A stretch of DNA of 59,776 bases from Chiloscyllium plagiosum. Lineage: Eukaryota. Below, piece by piece: positions 24,296 to 37,156 of the stretch. The notes below the pieces were generated by a model. The model was not told the origin of the DNA and made no database searches. It saw only the letters and a program-made list of their open reading frames with translations. The position numbers were made by a program, and so were the translations under genes. Within the stretch, counting starts at the first letter, position 1; each line of letters opens with the position of its first letter. Location: contig NC_057751.1 in the NCBI RefSeq assembly GCF_004010195.1, forward strand, positions 1,664,635 to 1,724,410, read 5' to 3'.

Positions 24296-26030
24296 ATGAC
24301 TACTTCCTGCCCAACAGCATAAGCAGCAAGTGAAAGAGAGAACTAAGTGATCTCACAACCAGGTTCAGATCTAAGCTTCAGTCGTGAATAGTGGTGAACA
24401 ATTGAACAACTCACTGGAGGACGAGTCTCCACAAATATCCCCATTCTCAATGATGGACGAACCTAGTACATCAATGCAAAAGATAAGGTGGAAGCAGTCA
24501 CAGCAATCTTCAGCCAAAAGTGCTGTGTGGTTGATTCATCTCAATCTCCTCCAGTGGTCCCCAGCATCACAGATCCAAGTCTTCAGGCAATTTAATTTAT
24601 ATTGTGTGATATCAAGAAACAGTCTGAGGCATGGATACTTCAAAGGTTAATGCCAATATTCCAGCAATAGTACTGGAAACTTATACTTCAGAACTTGCCA
24701 CTACCCTCGGCAAACTCTTCCAATACAATGTGGAAATTTGTCCTGTCTACAAAAAGCAGGACAAATCGACTCTGGCCAATTACTGCCCCATCAGCAAAGT
24801 GATAGATGGTGTCATCAACAGTAGTATTAAGCAGCACCTGACCAATAATAACTTGCTCACTAATGTCCTGTTTGGATTCTGCCAGGGCCACTGTCTGTGA
24901 CTTTTTGGACACTGAAGCAGTCCATGTTTAAATGCAACAAGCTCTGGACCATATCCAGACTTTGGATAACAACTGGCAAGTAACATACATGTTACACAAA
25001 TGCTAGGCTATGACCATCTTCAATCAAAGACAATCTAACCACTGCACCTCACAATCAATTGTGTTACTATCACTGAGTCCCCCACTCTCAACATCCTTGG
25101 GGTTACCATTGACCAGAAAGTCAAAGGGACTAACCACATAAATTCCGTGGCTACAACAGCAGGTCAGAAGCTTGGTCGGTACGGTGACTCAGTGGTTAGC
25201 GTCAGTGACCTGGGTTCGATTCCAGCCTCGGGCAACTGTCTGTGTGGTTTGCACATTCTCCCCATGTCTGTATGGGTTTCCTCACACAGTCCAAGGATGT
25301 GCAGGTTAGGTGGATTGGCTTTGGGAAATTGGCCATAGTATCCAGGGATGTGGAGGTTAGATGGATTAATGATGGGAAATGCAGGGTTACAGGGATAGGA
25401 TGGGGTGGTGTATCTGGGTGGGTTGCTCTTCAGAGGGTTAGAGTGGACTCAATGGGCCTAACGGCCTGCTTCCACACTGCAGGGAATCTCTGAAACTGCA
25501 ATAAGTAACTCAGCCCCTACTCCCCAAAGCCTGTCCCACCATCTACAAGGCACAAGGCAGGACTGTAATGGAATACTCCCCACTTGCCTGGGTGGGGGCA
25601 GCTGCAACAACACTCAGGAGGCTTGACACCATCCAGGACAAAGCAGCCCCTCTTTGGCACAAATATCCACTCCCTCCAGCACTGACGCTCAGTAGCAGCA
25701 GTGTGTACCACCTACAAGACACGCTGCAGCAATTCATCAACAATCCTTGAGTAGCACCTTCCAAATTCACAATCACTTCCACCCCGAAGGACAAGGCCAG
25801 CAGCTACACGGGGACACCACCACCTGCAAGTTCCCCTCCCATCCATATTTGGAAATATATTGCCAATCCTTCACTGTCATTGGGTCAAAATCCTGGAATT
25901 CCCTCCTTGAGGGCATTGTGGGTCTACCTACAGCACATGGACTGCAGCGGTTCAAGAAGGCAGCTCAACCCACCTTCACTCGGGGCAAGTCAGCGATGCC
26001 CATGTCCTTTGAGTGATTAAATAAAACAAA
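24295..26030 (+). mobile_element. Non-LTR retrotransposon (CR1/RTEX-like RT family distinct from HER1), interrupted by a V-SINE
   Basis: Remnants NIPAIVLETYTSELATTLGKLFQY...PVYKKQDKSTLANYCPIS and MEYSPLAWVGAAATTLRRLDTIQDKAA; A-rich end near 26020. Confidence 0.8.
25175..25492 (+). mobile_element. HE1-type V-SINE nested in a LINE
   Basis: cggtgactcagtggttagc...gggttcgattccagcctcgggc...tttgcacattctccccatgtctg...cctgcttccacactgcagggaatct. Confidence 0.88.
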
Positions 26031-26699
26031 AATCACAAGGACATGTTACTTATCCATTTTTTTTCAGTGCTGTTGCTGCTGATGCTTGCTGTGATTCTTG
26101 GATTACAATGGAGCCTGTGCTTCAACAAACCCCGAGACTGTCAAAGTGATCTTTGAAGTCTGTCTGAGCTCAGATGGGGCCTCAATTTAATGTCCCATCT
26201 GAAGGATGGTACTCCCAGCATGTCCTCAGCAATGTGGTGGGCATGCCAGCCCAGATTATCTGTTCATTTCTGCAACATGAAACTTGGAGGCACAGCCTCC
26301 TGACACAAGCGTCAGCAGGATGTTGATCACCATCAGTTGTGACAAGGAGTAACAACGAGGCAGTGGTATGTTGTGCAAGGCAGGGACTGAAGCTGTTTGC
26401 TTTCTTGCCATAAGGCACTGAAGTATTGCTGTAAATGCAAACCTCATAAGGAAGTGCTTTTTCTACTTCTTTACATTTGATATGCCTGGTGCTGAAAACA
26501 CAGGAAGGACATTGTGTCTTTTTTTCAAAAAAGGAAACACCTAAGATCTTATCAACAACATAATAAGGCACTGCAACGTCAGGCAATGATAAGATCAGGC
26601 AGCTTGGAACATTGAGCCTTCAAAAAAGTGCAAATACAGTTAGAGCGTTTGAAGCATGAATCCTGAACAAAAACATTATTTGTTTTTCATTGAAGGAGG

Positions 26700-26915
26700 A
26701 AGCCAGATCAGCTATTTACAGCAGGGGGATTCTGTCCCAGTGTCCTGGGTTACATTTATTCCTTAACCAACCTCACATAAGCAGATGATGCAGTCATTAT
26801 TGTGGTGTGATCAACAAACTGCCAGCTATGTTTCTGCTACCGCAGCAGAGCCTCAAAACCCAACGTGGGCGAGAAAGGGTTTTGGAACATTGGAAAAGGC
26901 ACTGGAGGAGCACAA
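26700..26915 (+). mobile_element. Old DeuSINE fragment
   Basis: gcagggggattctgtcccagtgtcctgggttacatttattccttaaccaac...gcagatgatgcagtcattat. Confidence 0.5.
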
Positions 26916-29900
26916 ATCTTCAATAGGACACCAATCCCCTTCCTGGTGGGGTGTTTCCCAAAGGTCTCCACTTGCTCGGCATTAAATACCAGTCAGTCAT
27001 GAAAGTGCACAGGGTCTAAGTTCCTCTGTCTCTCTCACTCGCTTTGTGTCTCTCTCCCCTGCCACACTTGCCACTTGACAATGTACTTCAGCACGGACCC
27101 TGCGACACAGTTGCGTCTCCAAGACACCTTCAAGAAAGCAATGTTTCTTATGAAGTTGATGTTTGTGGGATCATGCTGTGTGTGAAATGAGAGAAGGAAT
27201 CAGCCCGTCTAGCCTGCTCCATCATCCGTGAATGCATGTGCAAGTTCATTCATTACTGTAGTGGTTACAATCGCCTTACCAACAGCTCAGCTGCCCCTTC
27301 CACTCCATCCCATACCCACATCCATCCCCTTTCTTCTCAGCCAGCAAAATGGATGGCATAGGCAAGTTAGGGAAGGAGGTATGAACTGTGTCTGACACAA
27401 TACATGTCGCTCAAATAGCCAGTTCTAACCCAGGTCTTGTGGAATAGTGCCAGGTCCACATCTTGCAGATTCATTTTCCAGTCTGACATTCAATTTTGCA
27501 ATGTAGCTGCTTCCAAGCTTTCTGAGGGGATGCTCTCCAGGGCTACTCACACGGACCCACCATGAATTTACTGACTGTCCGTGTTGCTCTCAACAACAGA
27601 CTTTGGCTTCTCATCAAGGATTTACAGATCCACCATTGCAAGGAACTGGCCTTTCAAGCCACCATTTGAGGGAGACAGGATAAAATAGTCAAGATGGAAT
27701 GTAAGGGCGATAGAGTGTGGTACAGTTGTAACAGTGTTTTCTGATCTCCTGCTTGGTGAATTCATCTTCAGAAGGCGGGTCCAGGATGACAAGCAGCCAG
27801 CAATAAAACCAGACCCTTGGCAGTTATTTTCACTCACCCTGTGATTATAGCATTGTCAGAAACAGACACGGGAAGCAACCAGCTTCACAATACCCTTCAG
27901 GGAAGAGAATCTGTTGCCCCAGTCCAAATGGATCCACATGTGACTCCAGTCGAACTTTGTGTGGCTCACTCGGATGTACACCCTGAAGCCACTTTGTTTG
28001 AAAAGCAATCCCTTTGAATTTCCTCTGCAGACCATTTTAACCCCGCTCCACATGATAGTGATTCTGAATGACTGCTGTGTTAGTGCGTTCCAGGGATCAC
28101 CAGAATATTTAACTTTCAGACAACTACACCATCCTAACAAAAATCCAGTGACAGAACTCTCCAGAAGTTGGTGTCATGTCAAAGGCTGAGTAAAACAAGG
28201 CAAATTTGAGTTTAGTGAGGAGTGTATGACAGACACAGCCCTTGATAATCGGAGTTATATCCGGAGAACAGAGAAAACATTCCAGATCCCCAACCCACCA
28301 TGAAAGACCTCATTTATATTGACTCTCATTGTATGTAACCATGTATCTGACATGCACTCTGTCTCAGTCAATGTTTTTACTGCACAGGCCAGATTTTACA
28401 GAGAGACCAGAATTGATAAACTATAAATTTAACTTTTCTTTTTGTTTAGTTTTAACAAAACAACACATTTATGATCCAAAATGAAAAAGACAAAATATCC
28501 AACATTATATGAAAACTGAAACAAAAACAGACAAATAAATATCAGAAATGAAGACTCATCCCTTTTACTATCAGTAACAACCCCCTGACAGCAACTTGCA
28601 TTTCAGTGAAGTCTCCACTTAAAAGTTCCTCATTCAGTGACATGCCTGTTATTGGGGGTTTTTTTTCTGCTGAGTTGCTACAGTCACTTGATGCTTTTTT
28701 CTTCAGTTCATGTCTCCTCCAGCGACCCTCAAATAAACTCTTAATACTATTCAACTTATTATTTAACATGGACTTTTTACCATTCTGCCTTGACTGCTTT
28801 GGTGAGCGTTGAGCTAACAGCACTTCTGCTATTTCAACCTTGTTCCCTCTGAGTGAACCTGGACACTGTCTGACCGCTTCACAATGATTCTTACTTTGTA
28901 CTCTGCATCCTTTGACTTCACAACAATATTTTCTTTCTTATTTACCCAAGTTACTGGTGCACTGTTCACTTCAAATGCTTTAAATATACGTTGAAATGCA
29001 CCTGAACAAAGTCTACAGAAACTCTGGTACTACTCAGAGCAAATCAAAAATGAAACTAAGTACCATGAGCTCTCACTTCTTAACACATTTAATAAAGACA
29101 AATGACTGGAAAAATAGACATTGTTCCTCCACCTCAGAACCCAAACTCTCAAACAATAATAGTTTATTGTGAACCTTCATCACACATGCATTGACAGAAA
29201 TCATAAACAATGAGGTTGGATAACTTGGGAATCACAGACCACTGTGTGTCCAAAGTACCACTGCAGTGTGCAATGTTGGGAAAATATGTTTCAGAAATGG
29301 TTGGCAGACACAGCCATACTTGACATTCCAGTGACTAAAAAAAATCAGTAAAAGATCACAGCACAGAAAAGAGGCCTTTTGTGCCTGTTCTAACTCTCTG
29401 ATTGTGTAATGACATTGCCCTGCCTTCTCCCCAGAGCCCAGCACACTCTCTATTGTCAGGTAATAATCCAACACCTTTTTAGATGCCTGTACTGGACCTG
29501 GCTCTTGCACACTCTTAGGTAATGTCTTTCCGATCTTCATCACTTGCTGCATGAAAAGAGGTTTTCCTTAGGTCAGCCTTGCTTCTTTCAGTAATTATCT
29601 TCAGTTTGTGACGTCATGTTCCACCACTGATAACAGTTTCTACTTATCTACTCTGTCCAACTGCTCATGATTGTGAATTTGATGTTGCCTAATGTCAACA
29701 GCACACACGGTCAGGTCACGTTCAGCATAGCTTACCCCCCCTACTGCCATGTATGAGCCCCACTATCCCATATCATTCTCTGAATGGGCTGCAATTCCTG
29801 TTCACAGGAAGCCTACAATTCTACTGTGTTCCAATCCCATGATATTGGAATGGCGCATTCCCTGTCCCTCTTCCTTCACTCTCTGCAATCCAGTTCAAGC

Positions 29901-30057
29901 TTGTAACAGTTTAATCAGATGTCTTGGAGCAGCAATGTATTTTTCTCCTGTTCTGAAGTAGAGTGCGGCCATATACACAGTATGTCAGATGCAGTCTAGC
30001 CAATTCTCTGTGTTACTGAAGAATAACTTTGTTCCTTTTGTTTTATAATAAACAATT

Positions 30058-30612
30058 AAAGTTGAGGCTGTACAGATCATTGGTGAGGCCACTTCTGCAA
30101 TACTGTGTGCTGTTCTGTTATCGGAAAGATATTATTAAACTGGAGAAGTTTCAGAAAAGATTTACCAGGATTTTGCTGGGAGTGGAGAGTTTGAGCCATA
30201 AAAATGGGCAGAACAGGGTGGAATTTTTTTCACCAGAGTGGTAGGGGTGATCTTCGAGAGTTTTATAAAGTCATGAGGGGCAGAGAGAAGGTGAATCACA
30301 AAAGTCTTTTCCTTAAGGTGGGAGTGGGGGTGGGGGTGGGGCGTTCAAAACTTGGAGGCATTTTTTTAAGGTGCAAGAAGAAAGATTCAAAAAGAACATG
30401 AGGGCAACTTTTTTACACAGAGAGTGGTTCGTGTGTGGAATGAACTGCCAGAGGAAGTGGTATATGTTTAAAAGACATTTGGATCAGTACATGAACAGAA
30501 AAGGTTTGAAGGGATATGGGCCAAATGCAGACATGTGGAACTAGATTGGGTTGGGAACATGGTTGGTGCAGACAAGTTGGACTGAAGGGTCTGTTTCTAT
30601 GCTCTATGACTC
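30058..30612 (+). mobile_element. CR1 LINE 3' fragment
   Basis: Encodes LRLYRSLVRPLLQYCVLF...IIKLEKFQKRFTRIL, followed by the tail ggactgaagggtctgtttctatgctctatgactc. Confidence 0.88.
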
Positions 30613-30619
30613 CACCTCT

Positions 30620-31190
30620 ATTCCATTAACTTGTTTTAATTGCTTGCTGTACCTGCATACAAAGCTTTTGCAGTTCATGCACTAGGACACCCATCAGGGC
30701 TTTGCAATCTCTTACCATTTGATAAGATGCCTCTTTTTCTTCAGACAAAAATGGACAATTTCACATCTTCTGACATGATACTCCATTTTCCATAGCTTTG
30801 GCCAATCACTTAATCTATCCATCACCCTTTGTGGTTTCCTTTTGATCTCTCCATAGAAAGGCTGGGCGACAGGAGGAGCACTACTTAACTTTCACTTGTC
30901 TTGTATCTGCAACAAAGTTAGCAAACATACATTGGGTCCCTTCATCCAGGAAATGTGTATAAAAATGGAGGTTTTAGCAGTGATCCCTGTGGCTCTTTGC
31001 CATCCTGAAGTTGACCCATTTCTCTTGTTATTAATCTTCTATCTATAGCAATGTTACCCGCTACACCATGATCTTCTATTTTCCACAATAACTTTTGATG
31101 TGGCACCTCATTAGCTGCTTTCTGGACATGTAAGTGAAGTACGTGCACCAGTTTCCCTTCTTCCACAGAACTGTATACACTCTCAACACC
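30620..31190 (-). mobile_element. Old CR1 RT fragment
   Basis: Minus-strand remnant VQKAANEVPHQKLLWKIEDHGVAGN. Confidence 0.7.
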
Positions 31191-32639
31191 ATTCATTTTT
31201 ACAACCAAAATAAGCTGAGGTTATAGCAAGTTATAATTGATGTTCGTGAATGGAAAATGGGCAATTGTAAGAAAACCACTTTGTTGCAGTTTTCTGGTAG
31301 AACACAGTCACACCTCGAGAAAAATGTGTTGTATTTCTATCTTAGAAGTGTCGGAAAATGATTCGCCTTCTTTCTGTTTTTTTTTTGCTGTCTGAATTGT
31401 AACTACCTTGTTCTGCATTGTTAAAAGTCAGACAGAAGACAGCAGTCACCCGCAAGCCAACTGCCAGGCAGCAAAAGAAAGTGTTGGCATGATAAGTTAC
31501 AGTACATTACTGACTGGGAATGAAAAGACAGTCAACTCATTTCCAATTGGAAATCTGCTCACCCCAGCTGGTCTGGCCTTACTGCAACTCCGGACCACAG
31601 TCATGTGGTTGAATCTTCACTCGTCTGTGAAATGCTTTCAGAAGCCCTTCAGTTCAAGGGCAGGTAGGGTTCGGCAACAAATGTTGACATGAAGTCATCG
31701 CATTGCCATTTCATTTGAGATTCAGTAACTCCACACTCTCAACAACAGCTGTCAACACAAGGAACAGAGTTTCTAACAGCGAGAGAGGATTTTATTTTCT
31801 CTTTTCATTTTAATACATTCCCCTTCAGCCTGGGACCAACATTTTCCCATTTCCATTTGGTTTTCATTGTCAAGATTGTCTTTGGTTTTCCCATTATCAA
31901 TTCCAGCCCACTCCCTCAATGGGCTGCCCAAGAAACTTACCTTGAACCATGCATTTCACTCACTGAATCTCCATCCAGACTGTGAGCCTGGGTCAAAGGT
32001 TTATTGTAAAAGCTGACTACAGTACACTGTGGAGACTGGGATCTTCATTAAAAAGTAGAAAATACTGGAAATGCTTGGCCTTTCTGGTAGCACTTCTGGA
32101 GAAGGAAACCAAATTTGTGTTTCACATCCATGACCTTGGATATGCAGAACTCTAACCAAACATGGAATGAGAAGACGATGACTGTGAATGAGATACTGTA
32201 GAAGAGACCAACAGAGATCCTGTTGGAGCAGAGCAGAACCTCTTCCAGGTAAACATTCCTGGAGGAGTAGCAATTAATTATACACTGAATAAAGAAGTTC
32301 AACAGTTGAGATGAAGGGTCACTGATCTAAAACATTAACTCAGTTGCATACTCTACATTAATTGCCAAAACTGCCGAGCATTTCTTACATTTTCCATTTC
32401 TATTTTGAAAGTCTATTCCTTTGGTTATTTCAGGTTCTTTCCAACTGAAGTTTTTTCATCTAAACTGATTTCATTTTCAGGATTTTCTATCTGGTATAAG
32501 AACCTGTGAAAGCTCCTCCATGACAGTCACCTTGCTGTGGAAGATTTAGTTTTTAGTGACTTCACTGCAAGTGGCTTCTCATGAAAGAAAAACAGACATT
32601 GATATTTCTGCATTACTCAAGCATGTACTTTTAATTAAA

Positions 32640-33010
32640 AAAGAAAAGTTGCATTTCTGTAGCACCTTTCACAACCGCTGGACTGGGCAGATTCTTTCCA
32701 GAAGGTGAAGTAATTTTAAACTGTAGCTACTGTTATAAGATGGCAAACACAGCACATCAAATTGCCACAAAACAAGTCACTTGTTTCACTGCTGTTTAAG
32801 TGTTGCTAGAGGGACAATATTCACCAGGGCATGGGGATAGTCCCCAGCTCTTTGTTAAAATGCCTTACTGACGGGTTTGACTGGGCCATCTCACTGTCAC
32901 CTCTCAACTGCGACACAGACAGTATTGATAATTGACATAACAGCATTTCCTCTGCACTGCACTGAGAATTCCAACCTCGATGAGGTGCAACAAGATTTGA
33001 ACATTAATCT
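32640..33010 (-). mobile_element. Old DeuSINE (SacSINE1-like) copy
   Basis: ttgcatttctgtagcacctttcacaacc (reverse complement of the tail)...cagcatttcctctgcactgcactgagaatt. Confidence 0.6.
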
Positions 33011-33313
33011 AGAAGTGACGGACCAATTTGATTTTAGACCTGTTACGTGATGGAAGACTTGATAACCACAGTCACACTTCAGAATAGCTACACAAGGTGT
33101 TACATCAGCAGAACAGTGAAACAGAGCTTTGGTTTCGACATCTTTTCCAAAGGACAGCAGCTTGAATGGCATGGTATAGCCCTCCCTTCATACTAAACAT
33201 GAGATAAGTGAGTGTGTTCTACCCACCAACCTGGAACACTGCCTCGTGAACAAAGTAGCAACATGTTTTTCCCGGTCTCCAGCTTCAATGATTTACATTT
33301 CTTTATGTTACAG

Positions 33314-33486
33314 TGAAAGACTTCAGGGTCACAGTGAGGAAAACAGAAGCTGCAGACAGATGTAACCTTCAAGGAACATTCCTTCTCACAGTGGAGAAAG
33401 ATGGATTACAACTCAAGGATCTTAAAAGTGGAGATGTTCACTACACCTGGCCATACAAATTTTTGAGGCGCTTTGGACGAGATAAG
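33314..33486 (+). CDS. DOK2: DOK2-like IRS-type PTB domain N-half exon (probable exon 4; 173 nt, phase 1/0)
   Basis: Acceptor tttctttatgttacAG at 33312-33313 and donor gataag|GTaaac at 33487. Encodes (V)KDFRVTVRKTEAADRCNLQGTFLL...YTWPYKFLRRFGRDK, the DOK PTB signature. Confidence 0.95.
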
Positions 33487-35569
33487 GTAAACACTTGAAC
33501 TTGTTTTCATTTGCTGTGGTGTAGTCACAGATCTGGAATTCATCATATAGCAGTGTTGTCACAATCCCAGATCTTAATCAGCTGATCTCTAGAATAACAA
33601 ATTTCATGACTTGAATTACGAGGGTGTAATTCAATTGAATGGTTTTAATTATGTTAGAAGATTGAGGGTTTTATAAATGCCAGCTGAGCTCCTGGTTGAA
33701 TTACAGGTTCTAACTCACTCTTCGATGCTCATTTGACATTGTGCAAACAAAACAATTATCTTAAAATATTCATACATTTGCTCGACATTAAATCATTGTC
33801 CCCTGTTGGGTAAAGCCTCCTGATACAGACACTGTGGCTGCTGCTGCTTACTCTGATATTTGAAAGTATTTTTAAGTTTTTTTCCTGGAATATGAATGTC
33901 GTTGGCAACCTATCCCTGCTCATGTTGGCCCTCTCTAATTTCCCTTGAGATGGTGGGACTGAGCTGCATTCTTTAAACAACTGCAGTCCATGTGGGAGAA
34001 TCTTTCTCGAGCAGCTTGCTACAACTGAGTGCATTGTTGGTTTCCTGCATAAGGTAGTATGTTACTGTGGCTCTGGAGTCAAACATAGACTAGATCAGGT
34101 AAGGGCAACAGATTTCCTTACCTGAAGGACATCTCTGAGTAGCAGCTACAACCTGGTGCTTTTGTATCCCTCATCAGAGAGACAATTTTTTATTTCTCTT
34201 CCCAGCTGCCAGGGGGAATCTGCATTTGTATCACTGGTCATTTATCCAATAGCATTACCATTGTTGTCTGTTAATCCCCTGGAAGCATTTCTACATCTAT
34301 CATTGCTGCAGCGCTCCTCAGTGACAGTTCAGTTGAGTTCCACATTCCGAGAGGCTCTTTTATTAACTTCTGTCATGACCTTGATCATCTGTCAGCCCTA
34401 TGTAACCTTTTCTCAGTTTTATCCTATTTCTTCATGAAGAGGATGTGGGTAGATTTGCACAAACTGGGCCAGGAGAAGGCGATGGTGAGTTGTCTTTGTG
34501 AGATCCTGCAGTCCACGTGGTGAAGATTCACTCACATTGGAGTTCCAGGATTGTGGCCGCTTCCCTGTTTACCTTAACAATATAAATAACAGACAGTAAC
34601 AGTGTAGGATTTTACAACTAGGAATGAGCATCCCACCGCTTGTATTCCCTTTTAACAACAACTGACAAATGTTTGGTATCCCAGAACAACATCAGCTGGC
34701 CAACCCTAATATAATTACTTCCATCAACCTGTTCCAACAGATTAGGGCATACCTTGTGGAAAGGTATGACTGGAAGCTGGCCCGACTGGATTTGAGAGAG
34801 GGACACTACTGCTGTGTCACACTCAGTTCTCTTCACCTATTTGTCCTCTTTGTGTGGACTTGCAATGTGATCGATGTGTGAATGGAACATGTATCATAAA
34901 ACAGTTTTCAGCTGTGAGTAGGCAGCGAGCGAGCCAATCTTAGGCTCGAACATAGGAAAACTCAGGATCCATGAATTCGTTTATCAAAGACCATCGATGT
35001 GGAGTTTGAATGAAAAAGCTTTCATTTCCTTTATATCTTACACAGCCTCAGGATATATGAAGTGTTTCACAGCTAATGAAAGGCTGTAATGTAAAACAGT
35101 TTCCACAATATTCCATTTACAGACAGCAAGCTCCCACAAACAATTAGAAATATCCAGGTGACTTATTTTCACTGGATTTGGTTTTGGGAAATTGTAGATC
35201 AGACTTTGGGGGATTATTTCTCTGGTTTTATTCAAAATAGTACTGTGGGAATTTGTTTTTATCTCCACCTGGTTGGGCAGGTCTGTCCACAGTTTCATGT
35301 ATCATCCAAAAAAATCCTTCTGAATCTGATGATTTTTTTTGGCTCCATGTGAGATTGCATTGACGTTTTAGAGAGATTTTTTTTGAAGCATGGTAAAGGT
35401 GCTGTATAAATGCGATGTTAAACCTGCTTTTTCCATTTTATTGAGGAAAGAGTCAGTTAGATTAAAAAATACAACAAGTCCAAGATCCCTTCCAAGCCAC
35501 ACACCAGCCTGAAATTGCAACTATACTGTTATTTCAAGTTAAAATCCTTTTCAATACATGATGAGCAGT

Positions 35570-36440
35570 TCGAACCTGGGAAGCACTGAGGATCAGAGTG
35601 ACCTTGGTGTGCACGTCCATCAGTCCCTAACAGTAGTAAGAAGGGTGTATAAAGTTGTGAAGAAGGCATTTGAGAGATTTACCTTTATTAGTTAAGGTAA
35701 GAGCAGGGAGGTGATCAAAGTTTGTGCGAAGATTTGTAGCTCGGGTGCTCGTTGCTGTGGTTCTGTTCGCCGAGCTGGAAGTTTTTGTTGCAAACATTTC
35801 ATCCCCTGTCCAAGCACTGAGGATGTCACCTAGACAGGGGACGAAACGTTTGCAACAAAAACTTCCAGCTCGGCGAACAGAACCACAGCAGCAGGGAGGT
35901 GATCCTGAAACTGTATATAAAAACACAGTCAGAGAATTGTGTGCCATTCTGGAATCTACATTATCTGATAGCACGAGAAAGGGGGTAAAGAAGATTTTTC
36001 AGGATATTGCCTGGCCTGGAGAGTTTTAGTTATGAAGAGAGATTGGACAAATTGGAGTTGTTTTCCTCAGAGCAGAAGAGAAGAAGGGAGGACATGATTG
36101 AGATATATAAAATTAAGAGAGGAGTAGACAATGGACACAAGAAGATAACTTTCTCTTCAGTAGAGGGATCAGTGACGGTGGGGGGGGCGGAGCAGAGACT
36201 TAAGGTAAGGGGCAGGAGGTTTGGAGAAAAAGCCTTTTCACCCAAGGGCGGTGGGAATTTGGAAGGGAGGGACAGGCAGAAGCCCTCATTTACAGTGAAG
36301 TATTTAGACCTTTACCTGCAATGCCAAGGCACACAAGGCGATGGGCTCAGTGCTGGAAAATGGAATTAAAATAGTTAGGTGGTTGTTTTTCACCAGTGCA
36401 GACTCGAAGGGCCAAAGGGCTGTACACCTCGATGATTATT
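35570..36440 (+). mobile_element. CR1 LINE fragment interrupted by a family-D hairpin
   Basis: Encodes PGLESFSYEERLDKLELFSSEQKRRREDMIEIYKI. Confidence 0.85.
35717..35889 (+). mobile_element. Penelope-derived hairpin (family D) with about 58-bp inverted arms, 15-bp TSD and intact minimal hammerhead
   Basis: TSD agcagggaggtgatc at 35702-35716 and 35890-35904; arms 35753-35810 and 35833-35890. Core: gca CTGAGGA t GTCACC tagaca GGGGAC GAA ACGT T tgc. Confidence 0.85.
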
Positions 36441-37156
36441 TAACTCCCTTCCAAACACAACTGAGAGTGTGTATCTACTCCACATGGAGTGCAGCAGTTC
36501 AACAGGGTCGTTAACCCCTACCCACTCATGGGAAATTATGGATGGGCAACAAACCTGAGCTTTGCCATTCACACGGTTTGAATGAAGAAAATAAATCTAT
36601 CAAAATAGGAATCAAATAGAGACATGACAATGGTAAAATAATCATTGATTCATTCCAGAAATTGTTGATCCTCCTATAATTTAATGGCAACCACTGTGCA
36701 CGGATTCATTCACAGAATGTGAGTGTTGCTGGTGAACCCACCATTTCTTGTCCTTGAGGTGGTGGTGAGCTGCTCTTCATAAATACAACAAAGAGTCTTG
36801 TTTGACCATTTCAGCGGCCAATGAGAGATCTACCGCAATGTGGTAAGCCTGGAGTAACACAATGGACAAACAAAGTGAGGATGCCAGAGTGCCCTTCCAA
36901 AAAGGAACTTGTGCACGATTCGCTCATTTTGAGGACCACTTGATCATTGTCTTGTCATCATGGCTGAAGCCACATTTTTAATTCCAGATTTTTTAACGAA
37001 TTGAGATTGAATTTCCAGTTGCTATAGCAGTGTTTGAAGTCGTTTCCATTGATGATTAGTTCATGACCTCGGGATTACTGAGTCAGCGAGTGAATTACTT
37101 TGCTACTGTATACCATTAAATTTCATAAAAATGTTGTTTGCCTGTTGTTTTTCTAG

